Shown one piece after another: positions 28,990-38,654 of a stretch of DNA of 64,000 bases. A model generated the notes under the pieces. The model ran no database searches. It was not told the DNA's origin and worked only from the letters and a program-made list of their open reading frames with translations. The stretch comes from Bacteroidota bacterium (GTDB lineage Bacteria; Bacteroidota; Bacteroidia; CAIKAF01): positions 9,190-73,189 of the forward strand of contig JAEZEQ010000040.1 in assembly GCA_023432985.1 (NCBI GenBank). The letters are read 5' to 3'. The translations under genes were made by a program, and so were the position numbers. Positions within the stretch are counted from its first letter, which is position 1; the number at the start of each line of letters is the position of its first letter.

Positions 28990-30231
28990 TTATTCGTGGC
29001 GTAAGGCTTCTACAGGGTTTAATCGGGAAGCGCGTATAGCAGGGTATGCTCCGGCGGTAACACCCACCACAAAACATAAAATAACGGCGAGTGTCATCCA
29101 TAACCAGGGCACAACAAAGCTGCCACCTATAATCAGCGCCACCAGGTTACCTATGATCAATCCGAAAAATATCCCCATTAATCCGCCCATTTGGCAAATC
29201 AAAATACTTTCGATCAAAAACTGCATGGCAATATGTTGCTTTGTAGCTCCTATAGCCATACGTACACCTATTTCTCTGGTTCTTTCATTCACCGAAACCA
29301 GCAAAATATTTATAAGTCCGGTCAATGCACCCAAAATAGTTACCATACCTATAACCAATGCACCCAGGGCCATAATATCGGTCAGACTGGAAATCTGGTT
29401 GATCAGGCCGTCACTTCTTTCAAAATCAAAATCATCATCTTCGCTTACTTTCAATTTTCGAATAGAACGAAATACACCTTTAGCTTCCCCGATGGCAATA
29501 TCCATAAAGGCTATATCTGCAACCTTGACTTGAATTTTATAAGAAGTATTTCCCGATGCAAAAAAGGCTCTATAATTTCCTAAAGGGATAATAACCTCAC
29601 GGTCTCTACCTCCACCGAATCCGGATCCGGATTTTTCGAGTACGCCCACTACCAAATAGGATCGGGATCCAAGCATCACACTTTTATTCAGGGCCTGATT
29701 TATATTTCCAAATAAATTTTCGGCCGTTTCTCCACCCAAAATAATCACCCCCGAAGCCGTTTGCATTTCATTCACCGAAAAAGAACGTCCCCCCGCTAAT
29801 TTCCTGCCCGAGACCTCGAGATAATTTTCATCTCCGGCCCAAACGGTAATATTAGGCTGAGTTTTAACGCCCATATATTGCAAAACAGCAGTGGAGGTAA
29901 CCTGCGTAGATACCGAAACCAAAGCCGGATAGGTATATCTTTCCTTAAACAAACGGGCATCATCCCATTTGATTTCGGGTCTGTCTTCTTTGGCACGCAC
30001 ACCACCACGATGCTGTACGCCCGACCTCTGATTCACCAGCGTAAAGGTATTGGCACCGAGCGAACCAAAACTGGAATTTAAATTCTGTTCCAGCGCATCA
30101 ATCGACGTAAGCATACCCACCAAACTCATAATACCAAAAGCAATAATAAGTACGGTCAACAGCGTACGCACAAATTGCCCTTTGATTGAGTTAATCGCAA
30201 TTATTAAATTTTCTCTTAATACAGCATTCAT
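28990..30231 (-). CDS. ABC transporter permease, MacB/FtsX type (type VII; large periplasmic domain between TM1 and TM2)
   Basis: N-terminal TM helix, a periplasmic domain of about 230 aa, then three C-terminal TM helices with the FtsX signature region (ERTREIGVRMAIGA). Confidence 0.8.
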   Translation of the reverse strand: MNAVLRENLIIAINSIKGQFVRTLLTVLIIAFGIMSLVGMLTSIDALEQNLNSSFGSLGANTFTLVNQRSGVQHRGGVRAKEDRPEIKWDDARLFKERYTYPALVSVSTQVTSTAVLQYMGVKTQPNITVWAGDENYLEVSGRKLAGGRSFSVNEMQTASGVIILGGETAENLFGNINQALNKSVMLGSRSYLVVGVLEKSGSGFGGGRDREVIIPLGNYRAFFASGNTSYKIQVKVADIAFMDIAIGEAKGVFRSIRKLKVSEDDDFDFERSDGLINQISSLTDIMALGALVIGMVTILGALTGLINILLVSVNERTREIGVRMAIGATKQHIAMQFLIESILICQMGGLMGIFFGLIIGNLVALIIGGSFVVPWLWMTLAVILCFVVGVTAGAYPAIRASRLNPVEALRHE

Positions 30232-30300
30232 TGCGCATCTAAGGTAAGAAGCAAATTTATAATTAGAGGTCGAATTAGACGAAAATATGCGAATTTGCGA

Positions 30301-31371
30301 CTATTCATCCAATTTCACCTTAAGAATAAATCCTTCGAAAATTTGAGATATATAGAGATATGACCCGTGTTTTAGAGCCGTAGAGGCCGTACTGATATGG
30401 GCTCCAGAATCGGAATATACTACGCGTACGGCATGTGTTTTTTTATGAATAGCATAGACTACGGAGGGAGATTCTTTTTTGGCATTTCGGGCGTGACCAA
30501 TAAACTTAAAGGGCTTAATATGTGCAGTAACAAGCACCTCTTCTCCGGCATCTATCAAATTATCGCCCCCTGGAATGCGAGCCACTTCCACCGGTTTTGC
30601 CGATAAATCGCCCTTTGGAAAACAGAAAACACGATGCTGACGAACCGTTGATACCCAAAGGTCTGAATCGACCTCCAGAACCCCATTGGGATAGGCCATT
30701 TTATAGTCGGAAACAGCTTGTATTTTCCCATTCGAAAATTTACCCGCCCAGCCCGATTTCATTTTCCATATAGCTTCGCCCATTCGCCCATTTCGACTAA
30801 AATCGTTGCTCCAATATAAAACCTCACCCTTCCCTACACAAACATCATTAGCCGTAGTAAATGGCGCTTTAGCTCCCAAAAACAATGTATCTGTTTCGAA
30901 AGAATTGTCCCCGGCGAAGCGGTAATAATTACCCGAAAAATCATAATATAATTCTTCCACCCATTCCAATGCCGAGCCGTTCCACCTATACTTTAGTATA
31001 GATTGTCTTTCATTCCCTTTAATATTGCGGTGATTTACCACATATAGATACATATTTCCATCGACATAATTCAGGTCTATGCCGTGAGGTGCAAAATGAA
31101 AAGGAGTTTCCGGTTCGCCTATTCTGGGAATAATATAAGCTGAATCCTTCTCCAAATCCACACCCCATATTTCGGCATGCGGAGCTAATTCGGCCCGTCG
31201 CTGACTACAAGAGACAATAAGGCGATTTCGTCCCTTAAAAGTATCCAGGGCTATATCCTCGGGTCCGGGTCCAACCGGCAGTCTATGCGATACATAAGGC
31301 GTATAAGGTGGTACCGTATAGCAGGAATATAATCCCATTATAGCGATGAAAAACCAGAAAATATTTTTCAT
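30301..31371 (-). CDS. six-bladed beta-propeller lipoprotein, SMP-30/gluconolactonase/arylesterase (PON)-like
   Basis: Signal peptide plus lipobox (GLYSC). Repeated propeller-like segments. The region NMYLYVVNH...ILKYRW resembles the arylesterase/strictosidine-synthase-like fold. It lies between the ABC ATPase and the permease. Confidence 0.45.
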   Translation of the reverse strand: MKNIFWFFIAIMGLYSCYTVPPYTPYVSHRLPVGPGPEDIALDTFKGRNRLIVSCSQRRAELAPHAEIWGVDLEKDSAYIIPRIGEPETPFHFAPHGIDLNYVDGNMYLYVVNHRNIKGNERQSILKYRWNGSALEWVEELYYDFSGNYYRFAGDNSFETDTLFLGAKAPFTTANDVCVGKGEVLYWSNDFSRNGRMGEAIWKMKSGWAGKFSNGKIQAVSDYKMAYPNGVLEVDSDLWVSTVRQHRVFCFPKGDLSAKPVEVARIPGGDNLIDAGEEVLVTAHIKPFKFIGHARNAKKESPSVVYAIHKKTHAVRVVYSDSGAHISTASTALKHGSYLYISQIFEGFILKVKLDE

Positions 31372-31383
31372 AAAAAATTAGAT

Positions 31384-32010
31384 TTATATCCGATCCAGGT
31401 CCAGGGTATGCGTACAGAAAAAATGCTCTTCGGGCAGATTATTGCTGCATACAATCCACGTTGCTGGGAATTGCATACGGCGTTCCACCAATTCGCGATA
31501 AAAAGCTTTACCGTCGGCGTCGAGGTTGCTGCACGGTTCATCCAAAAAAATACATTCCGATTCTACACAGAGGCAAAGGAGTAATTTTGCTTTTTGTTTC
31601 ATTCCGGACGAAAGTTGCCCCAGGGGCCTGTGCATGGCTATATCGAGCTTAGAACGGGTAATCCACGCATTAAATTCTTCCGGAGTAAACAACAATTTTT
31701 TGAATCGAAAATGAAATTCTATTTGTTCGGCCAAGGTAAAATCCGCAATCAAATCGGTATAAGGTGTAGTGATAGAAATATGCGAATAAACCCTTGAAGC
31801 ATCAAGAGTTTGTCCGTTCAATAAATGAAAATCAATACGGCCTTTATCGGGTGTAATAAAAGCGGCCAGCATTTGCATAAGGGTACTTTTACCTTTGCCG
31901 TTGGAGCCTGCTATATGCCATTTTTCTCCGGATTGAATACGTAAAGAAAAATCACGAAGGACAACTGTATTCCCGTAACGTTTGGCAATATGGGCGCTTT
32001 CAATTTGCAT
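31384..32010 (-). CDS. ABC transporter ATP-binding protein (short, 208 aa)
   Basis: Walker A GSNGKGKST, signature LSSGMKQK, Walker B IFLDEP. 4-bp gap to lpxA. Confidence 0.8.
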   Translation of the reverse strand: MQIESAHIAKRYGNTVVLRDFSLRIQSGEKWHIAGSNGKGKSTLMQMLAAFITPDKGRIDFHLLNGQTLDASRVYSHISITTPYTDLIADFTLAEQIEFHFRFKKLLFTPEEFNAWITRSKLDIAMHRPLGQLSSGMKQKAKLLLCLCVESECIFLDEPCSNLDADGKAFYRELVERRMQFPATWIVCSNNLPEEHFFCTHTLDLDRI

Positions 32011-32013
32011 GCT

Positions 32014-32808
32014 TTATTCGGTGCCGTTATCGGAACCGCCTCTTTTCATAATACCCTTTTTACTGCGCGAAATAAACAATAAAATCTCATCCCTTTCGGT
32101 GGTTGGCTTCATCTCGGTTTCTATAATTTCGAGGGCCTGACTCAAATTATTATTGCGCAAATAAATGGTGCGATAAATATCTTGAATTTCGTTTATTTTT
32201 TCCGAACTCAATCCCCTTCTTCGCAGACCAACCGAATTAATACCCATATAGGTAATCGGTTCATGTGCCGCTTTCACATAAGGCGGAATATCCTTGCGTA
32301 CGAGAGAGCCGCCTGCAATATAGGCATGTTGGCCTATATGAATAAACTGTTGCACCGCAGTTAAGCCTCCAATATTGGCATAATCTCCGATTACAATATG
32401 GCCGGCCAGGGTTACTCCGTTTGCCAAGATGCAATGATTACCGACTATGCAATCGTGTGCAATATGACAATAGGCCATGATTAGGCAATGTGAACCCACT
32501 ACCGTTTTCCATTTATCGGCAGTGCCTTTATTAATGGTTACAAACTCTCGTATGGTCGTATAATCACCAATTTCGACCGTAGTTTCTTCTCCTTGATATT
32601 TTAAATCCTGAGGAATAGCAGAAATAACAGCACCCGGAAAAATTTTGCAGTTTTTTCCGATTTTAGCGCCTTCCATAATGGTAACACTACTTCCTATCCA
32701 CGTACCTTCGCCAATTTCAACATTCTTGTGAATCACCGAAAAAGGATCAATCGTAACATTAGGGCCAATTTTTGCAGAGGGGTCAATGAATGATAATGGT
32801 TGTATCAT
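32014..32808 (-). CDS. lpxA: acyl-ACP--UDP-N-acetylglucosamine O-acyltransferase LpxA
   Basis: Left-handed beta-helix hexapeptide repeats (IGPNVTIDPFSVIHKNVEIGEGTWIGS...) and a C-terminal helical LpxA domain. It sits directly downstream of lpxC-fabZ. Confidence 0.85.
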   Translation of the reverse strand: MIQPLSFIDPSAKIGPNVTIDPFSVIHKNVEIGEGTWIGSSVTIMEGAKIGKNCKIFPGAVISAIPQDLKYQGEETTVEIGDYTTIREFVTINKGTADKWKTVVGSHCLIMAYCHIAHDCIVGNHCILANGVTLAGHIVIGDYANIGGLTAVQQFIHIGQHAYIAGGSLVRKDIPPYVKAAHEPITYMGINSVGLRRRGLSSEKINEIQDIYRTIYLRNNNLSQALEIIETEMKPTTERDEILLFISRSKKGIMKRGGSDNGTE

Positions 32809-32812
32809 GTAT

Positions 32813-34219
32813 TTAGTTCGTTTGTTCGTTTTTTACAATTTGAGCCATCATTTCGCCTTCCATAACCTCTTTTCCGTCTACATATCCTATCCCTTTCATA
32901 TGGCAAATACCCCTGCGAATCGGAGTCACCAATTCCACAAAAAAGACAAGGGTATCGCCCGGAGAAACTTTACGCTTAAACTTCACATTATTTACTTTCA
33001 TAAAATAAGGCGTATAATCGGCCGGATTATCGAGTGTATTCATAACCAAAATACCGCCAACCTGAGCTATAGCCTCAATCATCATTACGCCGGGCATAAC
33101 AGGATTTTCGGGGAAATGGCCTGTGAAAAAAGGCTCATTCATGGTTACGTTTTTTACACCAACCACACGATCTTCGGTCATCTCTACTATTTTGTCGACC
33201 AAAAGAAAAGGATATCGATGGGGAAGAATTTTCAGAATATCATAAATGTCATACAAAGGCTTTTTATTCAAGTCTATATATGGCATTTGATTTTCATTTC
33301 TTCTCTTTTTTACTTCATTGGCAATCATTTTTGCAAAGGCAACATTAACCTTATGTCCGGGTTTGGTTGCAATTATATGGCCTTTGAGACGTATGCCGGC
33401 TAAAGCTAAATCGCCGATTACATCCAATAATTTATGTCTTGCCGGTTCGTTCGGGAAACGAAGCGGATCTGTATTGATCATCGTTCCTTCTTTTATCTCG
33501 TGATTGGTCAGATTGAATTGTTCGCGCAAGGTAGCCAGATTCTGAGCTTCAATCATTTTATCGCAAAAAACAATGGCATTACTTAAATCTCCTCCTTTAA
33601 TCAGATTGTGATTGAGCAACATTTCCAATTCATGCAAAAAAGTAAAGGTCCGACATCGGGCTATCTCCTCCATATAATTGCCTTCCTGAAAATCGAAATG
33701 TGCATATTGAACGGGCAATGCTTTGGAATTGAAATCTACTATGGTAGTAATTTCATAACGGTCAGAAGGCAAGATTACCAGTTCAGACCCGGTTTCCTCG
33801 TCTTTGTATCGTATGGGCTCCGTCACCACAAAATAGTCCCTTTCGGCAGCTTGTTCAACTTTTCCGGCCTCTGTAATCAGATCTGAAAAAGGTTTGGCAC
33901 TGCCATCCAAAATGGGAATCTCCGGTCCGTCAAGTTCCACCAAAACATTATCCAACCCACAACCAATAAGTGCCGATAATGCATGTTCCACCGTGTGGAT
34001 TTTTACATCACCCATGCCTATGGTTGTGCCCCGCATAGTATCGGTAACCAATTCAGCTTTCGCTTTCACCTCCGGTTGCCCTTCCAGGTCTATACGCTTA
34101 AAAACTATACCCGAATTTTCGGGCAAGGGTTTAAATGTAAGTGTTACAGAAATGCCCGTATGCAAACCTTGTCCGCTTACAGAAACCGCATTCTTTAATG
34201 TATATTGTTTTTCGTTCAT
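32813..34219 (-). CDS. lpxC: bifunctional UDP-3-O-acyl-GlcNAc deacetylase / 3-hydroxyacyl-ACP dehydratase (LpxC-FabZ fusion)
   Basis: The N-terminal LpxC region (TLKNAVSVSGQGLHTG, HTVEHALSAL) is fused to a C-terminal FabZ hot-dog domain (HFPENPVMPGVMMIEAIAQ). This fusion is characteristic of Bacteroidota. Confidence 0.85.
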   Translation of the reverse strand: MNEKQYTLKNAVSVSGQGLHTGISVTLTFKPLPENSGIVFKRIDLEGQPEVKAKAELVTDTMRGTTIGMGDVKIHTVEHALSALIGCGLDNVLVELDGPEIPILDGSAKPFSDLITEAGKVEQAAERDYFVVTEPIRYKDEETGSELVILPSDRYEITTIVDFNSKALPVQYAHFDFQEGNYMEEIARCRTFTFLHELEMLLNHNLIKGGDLSNAIVFCDKMIEAQNLATLREQFNLTNHEIKEGTMINTDPLRFPNEPARHKLLDVIGDLALAGIRLKGHIIATKPGHKVNVAFAKMIANEVKKRRNENQMPYIDLNKKPLYDIYDILKILPHRYPFLLVDKIVEMTEDRVVGVKNVTMNEPFFTGHFPENPVMPGVMMIEAIAQVGGILVMNTLDNPADYTPYFMKVNNVKFKRKVSPGDTLVFFVELVTPIRRGICHMKGIGYVDGKEVMEGEMMAQIVKNEQTN

Positions 34220-34296
34220 TTTTTACAAAATAATCCGCAATCTTACTAAGAATTTTTCAGAGTGTCACAAATTTTCGTCAATTCGCACTCAGCCAG

Positions 34297-34941
34297 CTAC
34301 TTACGCCTCAACAACATGAGTCCGTCACGCACCGGCAAAAGCAGGGGCTCGAAACGAGAATCTGCATGCACCGTTTCATTAAACAAATGGATGGCTGCTG
34401 TGTCTTTATCTTTCGCTCTCTCTTTTTCATCCAAAACTTTTCCACTCCACAATACATTATCGGCGATTATTAATCCCCCTTTTTTCATGCGATCTGCCAC
34501 CAAATGAAAATAGTGTACATAATTCTGTTTATCGGCATCAATAAAAACCAAGTCCGGATTGCCGTTAATTTGAGGAATAATATCGATTGCATTCCCAAAA
34601 TGCAGGGTGATTTTATCTTGCATACCTGCTTTTTCTATAAAAGTACGTATGCGCTTTTCTTGTTCGGGATTGATATCAATACTGTGTAAATGTCCGTCCG
34701 GCGCTAATCCTTCTGCCAAACATAAGGCAGAATATCCGGTATAGGTACCGATTTCGAGTACAAATTCAGGTTGCAATATTCTACTTAAAAATGCCAATAA
34801 TCTACCCTGAAAATGACCGCTAAGCATGCGGGGAGACATGACTTTGGCATGAGTTTCTCGGTTTAATTCGGCCAAATAAGCCGGTTCTTTTTCGCTAAAC
34901 TGATCGGCATACATTTGCAATGCCTCGGGTAAAAATTCCAT
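34297..34941 (-). CDS. class I SAM-dependent O-methyltransferase (caffeoyl-CoA O-MT-like, family 3)
   Basis: SAM-binding motif VLEIGTYTGYS and FIDADK. 214 aa. Confidence 0.7.
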   Translation of the reverse strand: MEFLPEALQMYADQFSEKEPAYLAELNRETHAKVMSPRMLSGHFQGRLLAFLSRILQPEFVLEIGTYTGYSALCLAEGLAPDGHLHSIDINPEQEKRIRTFIEKAGMQDKITLHFGNAIDIIPQINGNPDLVFIDADKQNYVHYFHLVADRMKKGGLIIADNVLWSGKVLDEKERAKDKDTAAIHLFNETVHADSRFEPLLLPVRDGLMLLRRK

Positions 34942-35547
34942 CTATTTTGTATTTAATATATAATTTAAAAACTTTCTCATGGCAACACTGCGGTGACTAA
35001 TCCTGTTTTTTTCATCTGCATTCATTTCGGCAAATGCCCGGTTCATTCCTTTGGGTAAAAAAATCGGGTCGTAACCAAAACCGTTTTGCCCCCGTTTCTC
35101 CCTTAAGATTTCTCCGGATATTTCTCCTATAAACAATTGCGATTCTCCATCACAAACAAAAGCGAGCACGGTTTTAAAACATGCATCTCTTTCATTCACT
35201 CCTTCCAATTCGGATAAAAGCTTTTGGATATTGGCCTCGGCATCATTATGCGGACCGGCATAACGCGCACTAAAAACGCCGGGACTGCCACCCAGAAAAT
35301 CTACTTCTAATCCGGAATCATCCGCAAGAACGCATTTTCCCGTTTTTTCATATACATACATCGCTTTTTCGATTGCATTTTCTTCCATCGATTCATGCGT
35401 CTCGGGCAGCTCCTCAAAAATCTCAAGATCATCCAGGGTTATTATCTTGATGGGACTATCCCCCAGAACGGCTCTCAACTCAATCGCCTTTTTAGGATTG
35501 TGTGTGGCTAAAACAATTTCACTGATTTCTTTCTTCATCGCACACAA
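34942..35547 (-). CDS. rdgB: non-canonical purine NTP pyrophosphatase (RdgB/HAM1 family)
   Basis: IVLATHNPKK, LDDLEI, DDSGLEV and FGYDPIF motifs of the Maf/Ham1 fold. Confidence 0.8.
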   Translation of the reverse strand: MCAMKKEISEIVLATHNPKKAIELRAVLGDSPIKIITLDDLEIFEELPETHESMEENAIEKAMYVYEKTGKCVLADDSGLEVDFLGGSPGVFSARYAGPHNDAEANIQKLLSELEGVNERDACFKTVLAFVCDGESQLFIGEISGEILREKRGQNGFGYDPIFLPKGMNRAFAEMNADEKNRISHRSVAMRKFLNYILNTK

Positions 35548-35584
35548 AAATACATATTAATCCGTTTTCAACTGCGAAAACAAC

Positions 35585-37573
35585 TTGTTGATTCAGAAAC
35601 AAAATGTACTTTTGCAGGCATTGAAAAGGCTAATTTTCATATATTTCTTAGGACTTTGGACAATGTCGGCACATGCACAAACATTGACCAAGAAAGACAG
35701 TTTACGCATTTTACGTGATACGGCCGAAATGTATATATTGTCTACCTATCACCTCTATGTATTGGGAGAAGAAAAACTAAACAAGAGAGATAGCAGCTTA
35801 AAAAATGCCCATTTATACTATCAGGCACAGGAGGCTTTTCAGTATCCGGCTTCCGATAATCCAGGGCGCCCCGTATATCCCATTTTCTTCAGACCCGATA
35901 GCAGTATAGGCTTTTCTTTAGGTAAAGAAAATTTGGCTTATTACCGATATAACGGACGCAATGCACGCTTATTTAAAACCCTGAGACCCTATAGCGATAT
36001 TGCATATAATTTTGCCAATACGGGTATAGCAAAAGAAAATAAAAGACTCGAACAAATTCTGGAAGTAGTGCATACCCAACGTGTATCGAAAAGTGTGCAA
36101 TTGGGATTGGATTTTCGGCGCATCACGGCAACGGGGTTCTACAATCATATGTGGGCCGGACATACTAATTTACGCGTATTTGGGACTTATTTTTCGCCCA
36201 AAAATACCTATATCTTAGCCTCCAGTTTTTCATTCAACAACAGTAAATTATTCGAAAATGGGGGATTGGCTCCCGAGGTCGATTTTGCACAAAGTGTAGA
36301 AAATACAGGTAGCGGAACCATAGATTTGGTGCGTAGGGAACAATATGCAACCCGACTTTTGAGTGCGGTAAACGAAGGACAAAATTACGATTTGGATATA
36401 TTCCAGGCTTTTAACATCGGAAATAAGAGTTTTAGAAAAGACACAAACAGCGCGGAAGTCAGCATTCCCCTTTTCCGAATCGGGAATCGCTTTATTTTCC
36501 AAACAGAAAGATATAGGTATATAGATACCACGCATAGTGAAGATCAATTCTACAATGCCTATAATTTCGACACCAGTCGCACTTTCTACAGAGTCTATCA
36601 TCAAAATTTCGGAGGCGAACTTTCATTTTCCTTTTTTCCATGGCGCAATAAAGGCAGCTTCAATACCATTTCGGCCGGAATTAAAGCCGCATATCTCGAT
36701 GTATTGCAGGATAGTTTTTTCACCCAAACATACAATACCCAAATCTTCTCTCAATTCGATTTTCAATTTGCAGAAAGATTGCGCTTAAAAGGTAGGGTCG
36801 ACTATTTTCTTTTGGGTTATAATAGAAATGATTTACAAATTGAGGCGGATGTAGATTTAAATTTTGGTCGAAAAGACAAAGCCAAATGGATGATTTTGAA
36901 ACCCCATTTCCAATTTCGCCTGGCCGAACCAAGCTTTTTACAAAGCCAAACATACAGCAATCTCTTCATATGGAATCAGGATTTTGCCAAAGTCAGAACC
37001 CTGCAACTGGGCTTAAAAATCCACTTCCCTACCCTGCATCTAACTCTTGGCGGACAAGCTTATACATTGGGTAATTATGTCTATTACGACAGTCTGGCCT
37101 TTTCCCGCCAATCACCAAATGCCGTTTCGGGCTATGCCGCATGGATAAAACATGAACTGACCTTTGCCAAACATTTTCACTGGAATAATCTGGTCGTACA
37201 TCAAAAAAGCGATCGGGATATTATTCGCATGCCTCCTCTATATCTGAGAAGCAATTTCTATTACGAAAATAAATTATTCAAAAAACGATTATTATTACAG
37301 GTTGGCTTCGATGTATATTATGCCATGAAACATAAAGGCTATGCCTATATGCCGGCAAGCGGAGTTTGGCATTTACAGAACAGCGCCTATGTAGGCAATT
37401 ACCCATATATAGATGTAAATATTTCTATACGCATAAAAAGATTTAAAGCCTTTTTTGTCGTCAATCACGTCAATCAAGGCTTCCCCTCCAAGGCAGAATA
37501 TTTTATTGCTCCCGGTTACCCCACAGCCGACAGACAATTTAGGGTGGGAGCCAGTTGGGGACTATTCAACTAA
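35585..37573 (+). CDS. putative outer-membrane beta-barrel porin (Bacteroidota 'putative porin' family)
   Basis: Signal peptide (AHAQT). The 660-aa protein has alternating amphipathic beta-strand character, is rich in Y/F/N/G, and has an aromatic C-terminus. Confidence 0.45.
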   Translation: MLIQKQNVLLQALKRLIFIYFLGLWTMSAHAQTLTKKDSLRILRDTAEMYILSTYHLYVLGEEKLNKRDSSLKNAHLYYQAQEAFQYPASDNPGRPVYPIFFRPDSSIGFSLGKENLAYYRYNGRNARLFKTLRPYSDIAYNFANTGIAKENKRLEQILEVVHTQRVSKSVQLGLDFRRITATGFYNHMWAGHTNLRVFGTYFSPKNTYILASSFSFNNSKLFENGGLAPEVDFAQSVENTGSGTIDLVRREQYATRLLSAVNEGQNYDLDIFQAFNIGNKSFRKDTNSAEVSIPLFRIGNRFIFQTERYRYIDTTHSEDQFYNAYNFDTSRTFYRVYHQNFGGELSFSFFPWRNKGSFNTISAGIKAAYLDVLQDSFFTQTYNTQIFSQFDFQFAERLRLKGRVDYFLLGYNRNDLQIEADVDLNFGRKDKAKWMILKPHFQFRLAEPSFLQSQTYSNLFIWNQDFAKVRTLQLGLKIHFPTLHLTLGGQAYTLGNYVYYDSLAFSRQSPNAVSGYAAWIKHELTFAKHFHWNNLVVHQKSDRDIIRMPPLYLRSNFYYENKLFKKRLLLQVGFDVYYAMKHKGYAYMPASGVWHLQNSAYVGNYPYIDVNISIRIKRFKAFFVVNHVNQGFPSKAEYFIAPGYPTADRQFRVGASWGLFN

Positions 37574-37605
37574 TGGCAATTTCGGATAGAAAAATTTAAT
37601 TAATT

Positions 37606-38445
37606 TTGTACTACAAATCAAACATTATGGCTCAAAACTTATTAAAAGGAAAAAGAGGAATTATTACCGGCGCTTTGGATGAGAATTCAATCGCATGGAA
37701 AGTGGCACAAAAAGCAGTGGAACAAGGAGCACAAATTGTATTGACCAATGCACCTGTTGCCATGAGAATGGGGGCCATAAATAAATTGGCTGAAGAATGT
37801 AACACCATTGTGATTCCTGCCGATGCTACTAATCTGGAAGATTTAGAAAATCTATACCAAAAAAGTATGGATCATATGGGTGGTAAACTCGATTTTGTAT
37901 TACACTCTATCGGTATGTCTGTAAACGTTCGTAAAGGCAAACCTTATACGGATCTGGACTATGGATTTTTAGAAAAAACATATGATGTATCTGCCGTTTC
38001 ATTTCATAAAATGATGCAAACAGCATATAAATTAGACGCTGTAAACGAATGGGGTAGTTTTTTAGGACTTACCTATATAGCTGCACAGCGTATATTTCCT
38101 GACTACGGCGATATGGCCGATGCCAAAAGTTTACTCGAAAGTATAGCACGCGGCTGGGGTTATCATTACGGCAAAAAAGCCAAAGTACGCGTAAACACCA
38201 TTTCTCAATCGCCTACTAAAACTACGGCAGGAAGCGGAGTGGGTGGATTCGATGCCTTTTTTAATTATGCCGATACCATGTCTCCTCTAGGAAATGCTAG
38301 TGCTGAAGATTGCGCCAATTATTGCATTTATATGTTCAGTGAATTGTCGCGTATGATAACTATGCAAAACCTATATCACGACGGAGGCTTTAGTCAAATG
38401 GGCATCGCACCCGAAATCGTAAGTAAATTTTCCGACCCCAAATAA
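37606..38445 (+). CDS. fabI: enoyl-ACP reductase FabI (NADH-dependent)
   Basis: LLKGKRGIITG nucleotide-binding start and SDR-like core with Y..K catalytic pair. The real start is probably Met8 (ATG 37627, MAQNLLKGK). Confidence 0.85.
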   Translation: MYYKSNIMAQNLLKGKRGIITGALDENSIAWKVAQKAVEQGAQIVLTNAPVAMRMGAINKLAEECNTIVIPADATNLEDLENLYQKSMDHMGGKLDFVLHSIGMSVNVRKGKPYTDLDYGFLEKTYDVSAVSFHKMMQTAYKLDAVNEWGSFLGLTYIAAQRIFPDYGDMADAKSLLESIARGWGYHYGKKAKVRVNTISQSPTKTTAGSGVGGFDAFFNYADTMSPLGNASAEDCANYCIYMFSELSRMITMQNLYHDGGFSQMGIAPEIVSKFSDPK

Positions 38446-38654
38446 TGAAAATTGCAGGGGGCATATTATTGATTTGTCTGGGAATGATGAGTTCTTGTGA
38501 TACAAGATGTTATTCATGCACAGATGCCGAAACCGGAGAAGTTATCCAAAATGAACTATGTACCGATGATCCCTTTTACAGCACTGCCATAAGGGATGAT
38601 TGGCGTTATTCGTGCAATGCGGGCGGAGGGCTCGTTGATGAATATAAGAAATGA
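38445..38654 (+). CDS. small Cys-rich lipoprotein (69-aa precursor, about 52-aa mature), hypothetical
   Basis: Lipoprotein signal MKIAGGILLICLGMMSSC. The mature part has 5 Cys (CDTRCYSC...C...C). The start overlaps the fabI stop (TAATG) and the stop overlaps the next start (ATGA), which implies translational coupling. Confidence 0.45.
   Translation: MKIAGGILLICLGMMSSCDTRCYSCTDAETGEVIQNELCTDDPFYSTAIRDDWRYSCNAGGGLVDEYKK

Noticed and set aside
32786-33403. 205-aa plus-strand ORF
   Set aside because: Antisense to lpxC-fabZ. The translation is low-complexity and histidine/isoleucine-rich with no motifs.
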